Origin: a bacterium
Lineage (GTDB): Bacteria > Synergistota > GBS-1
Direction: 5' to 3'
Length of the DNA stretch: 64,000 nt
Assembly: GCA_030153785.1 (NCBI GenBank)
Contig: JASKLF010000001.1
Span: forward strand, 216,896-280,895
The notes below the pieces were generated by a model, which worked only from the letters and a program-made list of their open reading frames with translations, was not told where the DNA came from and did no database searches. Position numbers and translations under genes: made by a program. Position 1 is the stretch's first letter, and the number at the start of each line of letters is the position of its first letter. Positions 45,608 to 54,960 of this stretch are shown here, piece after piece.

Positions 45608-46000
45608 ATGAAAGGTATTGGAATCCTCCTTTTGATCACCTTAATAGTCATAAGGGGATTAGAAGGAATGGCGTCAGCAGGGGAAATACCAGAAATGCTA
45701 CCCGAGGAGGCATGGAAACACTTGGGAGAACCAGGTTACATTTTTCTGGACGTTAGAGAACCTCACGAATTTAAGGAAGAACGTATTAAGGGAGCGATAA
45801 ACCTGCCAAAAGGCCTGGTAGCCTCGAAGATAAGTGAGCTTTTTCCAGATAAGGGGAAACAGGTCTTCATAGTTTATTGCCGATCTGGAAGGAGATCCTT
45901 AACCGCCACAAAGACCTTAATAGAGCTCGGTTATAAAGCCTTCAACATGAGAGGTGGAATAATAGCCTGGAAGAAAGCAAATCTTCCAACCGAAAGATAA
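45608..46000 (+). CDS. rhodanese-like sulfurtransferase domain protein (signal peptide)
   Basis: It has a signal peptide, the rhodanese fold (IFLDVREPHEFKEERIKGAINLP) and an active-site Cys loop (CRSGRRS). Confidence 0.8.
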   Translation: MKGIGILLLITLIVIRGLEGMASAGEIPEMLPEEAWKHLGEPGYIFLDVREPHEFKEERIKGAINLPKGLVASKISELFPDKGKQVFIVYCRSGRRSLTATKTLIELGYKAFNMRGGIIAWKKANLPTER

Positions 46001-46091
46001 CTTCTTATCCGTCTCCTACCTCGCTTATAGGCTCTTCCGTCCCGTTAAGGGGAAAAAGAGCGATAGGGGAAACTTAAAATTAGCCATTCTT

Positions 46092-46430
46092 TTGGCAATC
46101 CCCATATCAATCCTCGCAGGACTCTTAGGTGTGGGGCCCGGTTTCCTGCTTATGCCATCGCTCATACTTTTAAACTATGAACCAAAGAAAGCTGCCGGCA
46201 TAAACGCTTTTGCCGTTACACCTCCCTCCTTTTCTTCCTTAATTCCCCACTTAGGACACGCAAACTTAGATTTAACCCTGACAATCACGCTGACAGTAAT
46301 CGGCTCTTTAGGAGCCTTCTTGGGAGCGAGGTTAACCAGTCTGCATATACCCAGCTCAACTCTTAAAAAGCTCTTCGGCCTTCTTATAGTAATAATGACG
46401 GCTTACAAGCTATATAGCATGTTATTTTAA
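46092..46430 (+). CDS. TauE/SafE (DUF81) family half-size (4-TM) membrane protein
   Basis: It reads ILAGLLGVGPGFLLMPSLILL, which is a TauE repeat-unit motif, and the start is TTG. It is only 112 aa, against about 250 for the full family. Confidence 0.55.
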   Translation: MAIPISILAGLLGVGPGFLLMPSLILLNYEPKKAAGINAFAVTPPSFSSLIPHLGHANLDLTLTITLTVIGSLGAFLGARLTSLHIPSSTLKKLFGLLIVIMTAYKLYSMLF

Positions 46431-46454
46431 GGGAGCAAGTTCAAACCTGCTCCC
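46431..46454. terminator. bidirectional hairpin between convergent TauE-like and MCP genes
   Basis: GGGAGCA-agttcaaacc-TGCTCCC. It is flanked by TTTTAA (5') and TTAAAA (3'). Confidence 0.5.
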
Positions 46455-48306
46455 TTAAAATACAAACTTATTAATTAAATCCATAAGCTTGACAGAAGCC
46501 TCCTTTAGAGAAAGCCCTATTTCCCCTACACTTTTAACAAGCCCAGCTTGCCTATCTAAAAGCTCTTTTACCTTTCCCACATCTTTAGTTATGTCAGCTA
46601 CAGCCTGTGATACCGTACTCATAGGCTCGCTCAACGACTTCAAAGAAGAGCTCTGTCCTTTCGCAATTTCAGCAAGCTCCTCTCCAAGACTAACAACCTC
46701 TTCCACATTACTAAGAATCTTAGACAATTTTTGAGTGGCGAAGGCCGATTGATCAAAAGCTCTCTTTACAACCCCCTCCAGTACATCAATAGCTACACCT
46801 ACTCTTTGGGTTTCGCGCTCTATACTTAGCAAAACGGGAGCCACGCTCGATGTTAAAGACTTGCTCCTTTCGGCAAGCTTCTTTATCTCCTCAGCTACTA
46901 CAGCAAAACCTTTTCCCTTATCTTCTGCCCGCGCTGCCTCAATAGCCGCATTCAAAGCCAAAAGGCTTGTCTGCTCAGCGATGGAGTTTATCATTTCTAT
47001 AACCTTTCCAACATCTTTAACCCTATCAAGTAGTTCCCTCCCCGCCCCCTTTGTGGCACCCGTTTCATCCCATATTTCACAAACCACATCATCAACTATA
47101 CACAAAGCCTCTTTACCCTCCTTAGCCGCCATCTTTATATCTCCCGTCTTCGAAGTTAGCTTTACCGAAAGATTATAAACATTCTCAGCATCTAAAACCA
47201 GTTCCTCAAGCATCGAGTTTACCTTTAAAAGGAAGTCCCTAACTTTCTGACCAAAATCATCCATGCTTTCCATTTTTCCAAAAACTATCCTGCTTTTGTC
47301 TTCCAAAACTTCAGACATGCTCAAAAGTTCGCTACTTTCCTATAGACTTAGCAAGCGCGCTTATGGGAGAAGTTACGGAGGAAGTCACAACAAACAAGCT
47401 AATCCCTACAAAGAAAAGGATCAAAGGGAAAATTCCATTAAGGGTTATCATCAGTTTAGTAATTGGAACGAATAGTTGATCCTTATAAATAGAAAGACCG
47501 AAAGACCAACCCTTTGCTACCTTTATAGGATGGAAAAAGAGATATACTTCCTCCTTAGATGACCAATACTTGCCAAAACCTTTCTCTCCTTTTATCATCT
47601 TAACACCTAAACTTTCCAATCCCCTAAAATTAAACCCCTTCGGATTTAAAATGTTCAATCTGAGTGACATGTCCTCTTGAGTATGAGCTATCACAAGACC
47701 TGTAGAATCAACTATCCATGCAAAACCCTTGCCCCCCATGCTTATACCTCTCACGTAATCGTTAAGTCTTTCGATTAACACGTTAGCTCCGAAAACCCCT
47801 ATGAGCTTTCCGCTTTCATCTTTAACAGGAACAGCAATAACACAAACAGGATTCCCCGTTAAGGCAGAAACTACCACATCACTTATAACCGCCTGTTCTC
47901 CATTTAAAACTATCCTCTTAAAATAATCGTGGTTAGATAAATCCCTCGATATGCCCATGCTCGTAAACGCCATTCCATCCGGATAGGCTATGAAGAAGGC
48001 TTCGTAAAAATCCCTTTTAAACATAAAGCTCCGCAAACTCCTCTCCTTTAAAGCGCTAACAACTTCTTCGCTTTCAGATAGAGCTTTTACCTCCTTAAGC
48101 AACCCCTCGAACCACTCGCTGACCTTTTCAGCAGACTTAGCTGTTATTTCGGAAGCAACGTTCTCAACAAATGAAACCATATTCTCTTCCATTCGATATT
48201 TGAGGAAAAAGGCTCCAACCCCTATTATCACCAAAGTCGGGAGTAAAACATAGGCCAAAAATTTATATCTAATAGAGCTCAACATGTTTTCCTCTCCCCT
48301 CTCCAC
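46455..48306 (-). pseudogene. methyl-accepting chemotaxis protein (TM-Cache-TM-HAMP-MCP signalling domain) split by a +1 frameshift inside the HAMP domain
   Basis: The N-terminal fragment (47332..48306) has two TM segments and a periplasmic Cache-like domain and ends ...[11 protein letters not shown]. The C-terminal fragment (46455..47324) carries [34 protein letters not shown]. Removing one T at about 47335 (GGAAAG-T-AGCGAA) restores a continuous HAMP: ...[21 protein letters not shown].... Confidence 0.65.
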
Positions 48307-49136
48307 CTATACCGCAAATAAATTCCTATCGCGCTTATCGAAAGCACTAAAAGGAGCAGAACCAGAGCTGAGCCAAAAGCTATAGGAACCTGTTTTTCCG
48401 GCTTCGTTCCCTCCGTCATGAGACCGTATATAAGATAGGGAAGGGCCATTACTTCATCGAATATGGAAGTAGGAAGCCTCCGAGTATAAAAGGTAACAGC
48501 AGTAAACATTATAGGAGCTGTCTCGCCAGCGGCTCTTCCAAGAGTTAAGATGACGCCAGTTAAAATGTTTGGCATCGCCACAGGAAGCAGGACAAAGCCT
48601 ATCGTTCTCCACTTACTCGCACCAAGGGCATAAGCTGCCTCCCTTAAATCAAACGAAACGGCCTTTATGGATTCCTCGGTAACCTTAACTATCACAGGAA
48701 GAATAAGCAAAGATAATGTTAAAACACCAGAAATGATAGAAATCCCAAAACCAAAAGCGTTAACGAAAAGTGAAAGTCCAAAAAGCCCGAAAACAACGGA
48801 GGGAACGCCTGCCAAAGCGTTAACACAGCTTATTACCAAATCGGTAAGCCAGTTCCTCTTAGCAAATTCGCTAAGATAGATTCCAGAAAAGAGACCTAAA
48901 GGGAAGGCAATGAGGATAGAACCGAAAGAGAGATAAAAGCTTCCCAATATGGCTGGAAATATCCCCCCTTCCGTCATGCCTCGCCTTGGATTATCAAACA
49001 AAAAGGATAAGGAAAGAACCTTTCCTCCCTTCACGCATAAAACCAAGAGGAGTGAAAAGAGAAAGAGAATAACGAGCAAAATTAAAAGCCGTAAAATAAT
49101 CAAAACAAACTTCTCCTCCCAAATTAACCGCTTCAT
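48279..49136 (-). CDS. pstA: phosphate ABC transporter permease PstA
   Basis: 285 aa polytopic permease with an EAA-like loop (ALGASKWRTIGFVLLPVA). It lies downstream of pstC. Confidence 0.85.
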   Translation of the reverse strand: MKRLIWEEKFVLIILRLLILLVILFLFSLLLVLCVKGGKVLSLSFLFDNPRRGMTEGGIFPAILGSFYLSFGSILIAFPLGLFSGIYLSEFAKRNWLTDLVISCVNALAGVPSVVFGLFGLSLFVNAFGFGISIISGVLTLSLLILPVIVKVTEESIKAVSFDLREAAYALGASKWRTIGFVLLPVAMPNILTGVILTLGRAAGETAPIMFTAVTFYTRRLPTSIFDEVMALPYLIYGLMTEGTKPEKQVPIAFGSALVLLLLVLSISAIGIYLRYRWRGERKTC

Positions 49137-49993
49137 AGATAGGTCCTCCTCTTGCCAAATCTTTCGACAATGAAGTTTAATAATACGGTGATGAAAAACA
49201 AAATCATGCCTATCGCGAAGAGAGCATGATAGTGAAGACTCCCAAAAGGAGCCTCTCCCATCTCAGCCGCTATGGTGGCAGTCATCGTTCTAACAGGATC
49301 AAATATGGAAGAAGGTATCTGTGCAGCTCCTCCAGCTACCATCAGGACGGTCATCGTTTCCCCTATTGCCCTACCCATGCCAAGGAGTATACTTGAAAAT
49401 ACCCCTGACCACGCAGTGGGAATAACCACACACATAACCGTTCGCCATTTTGTTGCCCCCAAGGCATAAGAAGCTTCCAAGAGTTCACGAGGAACCATCG
49501 AAATTGCATCTTCAGCAACGCTTCCTACTAAAGGGACTATCATTATTCCGAGCACGATCGAAGCCGTAAAAGCGTTAAGCCCAACAGGTAGGGAAAATAG
49601 CTCCTTCACAGAGGGAGCAAGCACTACCATGCCGAAGAAGCCATAAACAACCGAAGGAATGGAAGCCAAAACCTCAAGAATGGGTTTAAGCGCATTTCTC
49701 AGCCTATGTGAGGAGAAGAAAGCCAAATATATGGCTGAAGCCAATCCAAGGGGAACACCTACCAAAAGGGCCCCTATGGTAACAACCGCGGTTCCAATAA
49801 CCAAGGGAAGCACACCGAACTCTGGAGGGCTATACGTGGGGCGCCAGCTTTTTCCAAGCAAAAACTTTAGAGGAGACACCTCTTTAAAGAGAGGTATCCC
49901 CTCTTTAACAAGCATCATCACTATCCCGAAAGTAGCAACTATCAATAAAAAGGCAGAGGCGTATATAAAGGCCTTTGCCACCCTTTCACCCAT
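49133..49993 (-). CDS. pstC: phosphate ABC transporter permease PstC
   Basis: 286 aa with the PstC pattern (ALGATKWRTVMCVVIPTA). Confidence 0.85.
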   Translation of the reverse strand: MGERVAKAFIYASAFLLIVATFGIVMMLVKEGIPLFKEVSPLKFLLGKSWRPTYSPPEFGVLPLVIGTAVVTIGALLVGVPLGLASAIYLAFFSSHRLRNALKPILEVLASIPSVVYGFFGMVVLAPSVKELFSLPVGLNAFTASIVLGIMIVPLVGSVAEDAISMVPRELLEASYALGATKWRTVMCVVIPTAWSGVFSSILLGMGRAIGETMTVLMVAGGAAQIPSSIFDPVRTMTATIAAEMGEAPFGSLHYHALFAIGMILFFITVLLNFIVERFGKRRTYL

Positions 49994-50000
49994 AAGCCAT

Positions 50001-50816
50001 CTACCTTACAGGGATGAATCCCTGTTCTTCAACTATTTTCTGCCCTTCAGGAGATAAAACAAAATCTATAAACTCTTTGACTAAACCCTTAGGCTCCCCA
50101 TTTGTATACATAAAAAGAGGCCTTGCAAGCTTATAGCTACCATCAACGACGGTTTCCTTAGAAGGTGCTATCCCGTCGATTTTCAGAGCCTTAACTTTTT
50201 GTGAAAGGTAACCCAAACCTATGTAACCAATAGCTCCCTCGGTTTGGACAACCGTGGTAGCTACAGCCTGATTAGAAGCCAAAAGCAAAGCATCTCCTCT
50301 AAGCTTTTCACCTTTCAAGACAAGCTCGTGAAACGTTTCATAAGTTCCAGAGGCACTATCCCTTGAAACGACGACTATTTTCATATCCCTACCTCCTACC
50401 TCTTTCCAATTATTGATCTTCCCCGTATAAATAGCCTTTAACTGCTCCAAAGTAAGCCCATTTATGGGATTAGAAGGATGAACCACAACAGCAATTCCAT
50501 CTTTAGCTATAACGTGAGCAACAGGGTTAACTCCCTTTTCTTTAGCCTTTCTTATTTCCCCCACCTTCATAGGCCTTGAAGCATTAGCTATGTCACAGGT
50601 TCCATCGATAAGCGCAGCTATACCAACGCCAGAACCTCCTCCCTTAACAGAAACGTTAACGTTGGGATTAAGGTCCATGAATTCCTCAGCACAGGCTTGG
50701 GCTATAGGAAGAACAGTTGTGGACCCTACCATACTAATATCCTTTGCCTGTGCCAACACGGCAGAGGCAATACTTAAGATTAGCAAGGGCACTAAAATCA
50801 TCTTGGAAAATCTCAT
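50001..50816 (-). CDS. pstS: phosphate ABC transporter substrate-binding protein PstS
   Basis: It has a signal peptide and the PstS motif (GSTTVLPIAQACAEEF...VKGGGSGVGIAALIDGTCDIANASRPMK). Confidence 0.85.
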   Translation of the reverse strand: MRFSKMILVPLLILSIASAVLAQAKDISMVGSTTVLPIAQACAEEFMDLNPNVNVSVKGGGSGVGIAALIDGTCDIANASRPMKVGEIRKAKEKGVNPVAHVIAKDGIAVVVHPSNPINGLTLEQLKAIYTGKINNWKEVGGRDMKIVVVSRDSASGTYETFHELVLKGEKLRGDALLLASNQAVATTVVQTEGAIGYIGLGYLSQKVKALKIDGIAPSKETVVDGSYKLARPLFMYTNGEPKGLVKEFIDFVLSPEGQKIVEEQGFIPVR

Positions 50817-50821
50817 AAAAG

Positions 50822-50873
50822 GATCCCCCCTTTATGAATTTTTTACTGACATGTTTCATTCTAAGGGGGGATC
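50822..50873 (-). promoter_or_regulatory. 11-bp perfect inverted repeat (GATCCCCCCTT / AAGGGGGGATC) in the pstS leader; one arm is the Shine-Dalgarno
   Basis: On the mRNA strand, GATCCCCCCTT lies 30 nt before AAGGGGGGATC-CTTTT-ATG. The loop contains TAGAAT, a possible -10, so this is either an SD-sequestering hairpin or a promoter-overlapping operator. Confidence 0.3.
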
Positions 50874-50930
50874 GTTAAAGGGAAATAAAAGGTTGATAAA
50901 GAAATCTTTAAAGAAGGAGAAAAACAAAAA

Positions 50931-50964
50931 GGGGCAACCCTGGCTAACCAGGGTTGCCCCTTTT
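50931..50964. terminator. rho-independent terminator (13-bp perfect stem) downstream of the dctP-family gene
   Basis: GGGGCAACCCTGG-ctaa-CCAGGGTTGCCCC followed by TTTT. An A-run precedes it, so it is bidirectional-capable. Confidence 0.6.
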
Positions 50965-50981
50965 GGGCTTACCGTTAGGCT

Positions 50982-52022
50982 TTACTGCTGACGAGGTATG
51001 CCGGACTCTTTGTAAATGAGATCCATAAGGGCCTTGCCACAAAGCTCCTCCATCTTGGGCCATACTACCTTTCTTACATGCTGAGCTATCTTATTAAGCT
51101 GTTCCTCTGTAAACGTAACGATCGTCCAGCCATACTCCTTTTGAAGCTTCTGACGATATTCCTCGTCAACCTGTTTTGCCCTTTCCCATTGGATCTTAGC
51201 CTCTTCTCTTGCCGCCTCCATCAGAACCTTCTGATCTTCAGGGGAGAGCTTATCCCATATACCCTTGTTTATAACAAACCACCAGGTTTCACAATAGTCA
51301 TTATATTGAATCCACACCTTCTGAACATCGCGGAACTGCCAACCCTGATACGGTGGCCCACCCATCTGCCCATCAGCTACACCCATCTGAAGAGCGGTAT
51401 AAACCTCGGCGTAAGGAATAGGAGTTGCAATGTAACCTAACGCCTCATAGGTCCATTCACAAGGCTTGATCGGCATAACGCGAACCTTCATTCCCTTTTT
51501 AACGGTGGGATCCTCAGGGCTTGGCGGCATCTCTCTCAAGGAAACACCGCTCATACCAATAGGAACAACATCCAAAGCCTTTATATTGTGCTTTTCCCAA
51601 AGTTTTTGTATAACCTTGTAGGCCCATCCAGTCGGACTGTAAACCTTAACGGCATCTTCAAAGGTCGTAAATATGTAAGGGAAGTAGTAAGCCAAGTTAA
51701 GCTCAGGATCAAAATTGGCGTTAGCCTGCTGTAAGGCCACCTCAATGGTTCCACGCATTACCATCTCAAAGATCTGGGTCCAGTCCCCCAACACTCCACC
51801 TGAATAAACATCGATCTTAATCCTTCCATTGGTTCTTTCGAAGACCTTTCTCGCAAATTCTTTGGCACGAATGTCATAGTCACTATCTACAGGGTGAATC
51901 TGTGACATACGCCAATGATATTGCGGCTGCTGCTGTTGAGCTAAAACGGGTAGAGCTATCAAAGCCATACATAAGACCGCTAAAAGAAATAGAACCCCTC
52001 CCTTTAGAACCTTCTTACCCAC
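50982..52022 (-). CDS. TRAP transporter substrate-binding protein (DctP family)
   Basis: 346 aa with a signal peptide and DctP-fold sequence. Confidence 0.8.
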   Translation of the reverse strand: MGKKVLKGGVLFLLAVLCMALIALPVLAQQQQPQYHWRMSQIHPVDSDYDIRAKEFARKVFERTNGRIKIDVYSGGVLGDWTQIFEMVMRGTIEVALQQANANFDPELNLAYYFPYIFTTFEDAVKVYSPTGWAYKVIQKLWEKHNIKALDVVPIGMSGVSLREMPPSPEDPTVKKGMKVRVMPIKPCEWTYEALGYIATPIPYAEVYTALQMGVADGQMGGPPYQGWQFRDVQKVWIQYNDYCETWWFVINKGIWDKLSPEDQKVLMEAAREEAKIQWERAKQVDEEYRQKLQKEYGWTIVTFTEEQLNKIAQHVRKVVWPKMEELCGKALMDLIYKESGIPRQQ

Positions 52023-52310
52023 TTTAAACCACCTCCCACTATGGTATTCGTATCTATGATAGATTTTAACACATCTAAATAAAATGAGGCAAGCAAAAAT
52101 ACGCCAGATTTAGGTAAAACACTTGTAAAAGTGATATCTCAGATTTAGAACCGAACGCAAATCTATATCTTTATATAGCACAATTTCATTCTTTTTATGA
52201 AACTCAAGGCTTGAAAAAATCCAATCTCTGAGCTATCATGAATTGCAACCTAAAGATGTCATTAAAACAGTGTAAAAATCACAAACTTGCTATCTTAAGG
52301 AGGGGGGATA

Positions 52311-53595
52311 ATGAAGCTCAGCACTATGGGGGACCTTAAGCCTTTTGGCCCCATTTACGAAAACGCTCAAAAGCAATTTCTAAAAGCAACCGATATCATG
52401 GACCTTGACCCAAATCTTGGAAACTTTTTGCTTTAGCCACAAAGAGTATTAGAAGTGCACTTTCCAGTAGTAATGGACGACGGAAGGGTAGAGATATTTA
52501 AGGGGTATGGGGTTCAACACAACACCGCAAGAGGACCGGCGAAAGGAGGAATTAGATATCATCCAGATACACACCTTGACGAGGTTGCAGCCTTAGCCTT
52601 CTGGATGACATGGAAATGTGCAGTTATGAACCTACCCTATGGTGGGGGCAAGGGAGGAGTAAGGGTTGATCCTTCAAAACTTTCGGAGCGGGAACTTGAA
52701 AGATTAAGCAGACGATATTTCTCGGAGATTCAGATCATAATCGGTCCACATAAAGATATTCCAGCCCCCGATGTAAATACGAATCCAAAAATAATGGCAT
52801 GGTATATGGATACGTACAGCATGAACGTGGGCTACACAAGCTTAGGAGTCGTCACGGGGAAACCTCTCGACCTCGGAGGGTCGGAAGGTAGACCAGAGGC
52901 AACTGGGCGCGGGATATCCATAATAGCAAACGAGGCCTGCAAAAAGTTAGGTAAGGAGATCTCAAAAGCGAGAGTAGCAGTTCAAGGATTTGGCAACGTG
53001 GGTTCCCATTCAGCAAAGATACTAAGCGAAGAATATAAAGCAAAGGTGGTAGCAGTAAGCGATATAAGCGGTGGGATTTACGATGAGAAAGGAATTGACA
53101 TAAACGATCTGATAGCATACAGAGACAGTAATAAAGGACTAATAAAAGGACATCCAAAGGGAGAACCCATATCAAACAAAGAGCTATTAGAACTTGATGT
53201 GGACAATACTCATACCTGCAGCTTTGGAAAATGCAATTACTGAGAAAAACGCCAATGACATAAAAGCCAAAATAATAATAGAGGGAGCAAACGGCCCTAT
53301 AACACAGGAGGCAGAAGAAATACTTTTAAGAAATGGAATTTTTATCGTTCCCGATATCCTCGCAAACGCTGGAGGAGTTGTAGTATCCTATTTTGAGTGG
53401 GTGCAAGATCTACAGACATTTTTCTGGGATATTGAGGATATAAGAAAGAGACTAACCAAAATGATGCTAAGTGCCTTCGTGGAAGTTGGTAAAGCAAAAG
53501 AAAAATACGATACCGACATGAGAACAGCCGCATACATAGTTGCGATTGAAAGAGTGGCAAATGCCCTTAAACAAAGGGGCTACTACCCAATGTAA
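52311..53595 (+). pseudogene. gdhA: NAD(P)-dependent glutamate dehydrogenase carrying an in-frame TAG (52434-52436) and a +1 frameshift (about 53205)
   Basis: The GDH motifs are highly conserved (GGIRYHPD...[15 protein letters not shown]...QGFGNVG...EGANGP). The N-terminus reads ...[22 protein letters not shown], where consensus has K/R/E in place of the stop. The ORFs 52455..53243 and 53194..53595 rejoin if one A is deleted in GTGGACAATACT. Confidence 0.7.
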
Positions 53596-53605
53596 AGAAC
53601 CTTAA

Positions 53606-53637
53606 AAAGCCCCTGGGTTTAGTGTCCCAGGGGCTTT
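53606..53637. terminator. bidirectional terminator between convergent gdhA and dctM
   Basis: AGCCCCTGGG-tttagtgt-CCCAGGGGCT forms a 10-bp stem. It is flanked by A-rich and T-rich runs. Confidence 0.55.
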
Positions 53638-53639
53638 CT

Positions 53640-54944
53640 CTATTTAATCCCCAAAACTACTCTTGGAAGCCACATTGAAAGCTCAGGCACATAGGTAGTC
53701 AAAGCTATTATGGGAAGATTTCCAAATATCATGAATATTAGAGCTGGCTTCACATATTGATCGAAGGAAACCTTACCAACCCTTCCCCCAAGATAAAGGA
53801 TGGGAGCGGTAGGGGGAGTAACATTACCCAAGCCGAGATTGGTTCCCAGGATAGCCGCAAAGTGCACGGGATGAACCCCTATACGAACAGCTAAGGGAAG
53901 AAGAAGAGGAGCAACGAGCAAGGTTCCACTCAGGTCATCCATTAACATACCGATTATTATCAGGAAAACGTTAATCATAAATAGAATTACATACTTATTG
54001 TCAGATATGGAGATAAGAAAATCAGCAATCCTCATAGGAACCCTTTCCATGGTGTATATCCTGCCAAGGATTGTAACAAAGAAAAGCATCAAAACCACAA
54101 CACTGCTTGTGGTAGCAGCCGTATAAAGAGACCTAAAGAAGGTTTTAAAGGTGAGCTCTTTATGAACGAAAAATCCCACTATTATCGCATAAGTAACGGC
54201 AACCGCAGCAGCCTCCGTAGGCGTCGTAACACCACCATAAATGCCACCCAAGATTATGACAGGCATAAGAAGACTCCATATACTTCGTCTTGTGGCACGA
54301 CCTATTATTCTTATTTTTTCGAAACCTGGAGCAGGAGGCTCAACCTCCACAGAAGGGAAGTATCTCTTAACCATTATGTAGTTAATTATTGAATATAAAG
54401 TTGCAGTTAGCACACCTGGAACAACCGTGGAGAGGAAGCACGCGGTGATAGAAGTTTGTGTAACCCAACCGTAAAGTATCATGGGAACGCTCGGAGGTAT
54501 TAGCTGGCCCAAAATCGCAGCACAACTGACCATAGCAGTGGTATAGTACCTGGGATAACCTCTTTCTTCAAGTTTGGGAATCATAATAGTTCCTATAGCA
54601 GCAACGGCAGAGGAAGCTGTTCCAGAAATTGCTCCAAATATGGCACACGCCCAAATGGTGGCAGCGCCCAAGCCTCCTCTCATTCTACCCAAGAGAGCTT
54701 CAGCAAAAATAACAAGCCTTTCAGCTATTCCGCTTGATCCCATAAGCATACCAGCCATTATAAAAAAGGGAATAGACAAAAGAGTAATGGAGTTGAGAGC
54801 CTTAAACCCAACGCTCGCTAAGAAAGATAGGTCAGGAAAAGATACCATCGCCATATATAATGCCGCCGCCATAAAAGCAAAGGGGACCGGAACCCCAATA
54901 GACAAGCTCGTTATAAGAATAAGGATGTCAATAATAATATGCAT
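53640..54944 (-). CDS. dctM: TRAP transporter large permease DctM
   Basis: 434 aa, 12-TM DctM pattern. Confidence 0.85.
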   Translation of the reverse strand: MHIIIDILILITSLSIGVPVPFAFMAAALYMAMVSFPDLSFLASVGFKALNSITLLSIPFFIMAGMLMGSSGIAERLVIFAEALLGRMRGGLGAATIWACAIFGAISGTASSAVAAIGTIMIPKLEERGYPRYYTTAMVSCAAILGQLIPPSVPMILYGWVTQTSITACFLSTVVPGVLTATLYSIINYIMVKRYFPSVEVEPPAPGFEKIRIIGRATRRSIWSLLMPVIILGGIYGGVTTPTEAAAVAVTYAIIVGFFVHKELTFKTFFRSLYTAATTSSVVVLMLFFVTILGRIYTMERVPMRIADFLISISDNKYVILFMINVFLIIIGMLMDDLSGTLLVAPLLLPLAVRIGVHPVHFAAILGTNLGLGNVTPPTAPILYLGGRVGKVSFDQYVKPALIFMIFGNLPIIALTTYVPELSMWLPRVVLGIK

Positions 54945-54960
54945 AAGACCAACCTCCCCT

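Noticed and set aside
46001-46430. TauE-like ORF being the 3' part of a rhodanese-TauE fusion gene
   Set aside because: The rhodanese ends at a TAA and the TauE frame is a different frame. Fusion would require another frameshift. With only circumstantial evidence, I kept them as separate genes.
50822-50873. Inverted repeat upstream of pstS as terminal inverted repeats of a MITE/IS element
   Set aside because: The arms are only 11 bp and enclose 30 nt. There are no flanking direct repeats or transposase. One arm is the functional SD of pstS. A regulatory hairpin or operator is more plausible.
52434-52436. Possibility that the in-frame TAG in gdhA indicates a reassigned or suppressed stop codon
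   Set aside because: TAG clearly terminates other genes in this window, for example the MCP sensor fragment at about 47332 and the frame upstream of nadK. A pyrrolysine or selenocysteine-type mechanism is not expected for GDH. The gene also carries a frameshift, so a lesion or error is more parsimonious.
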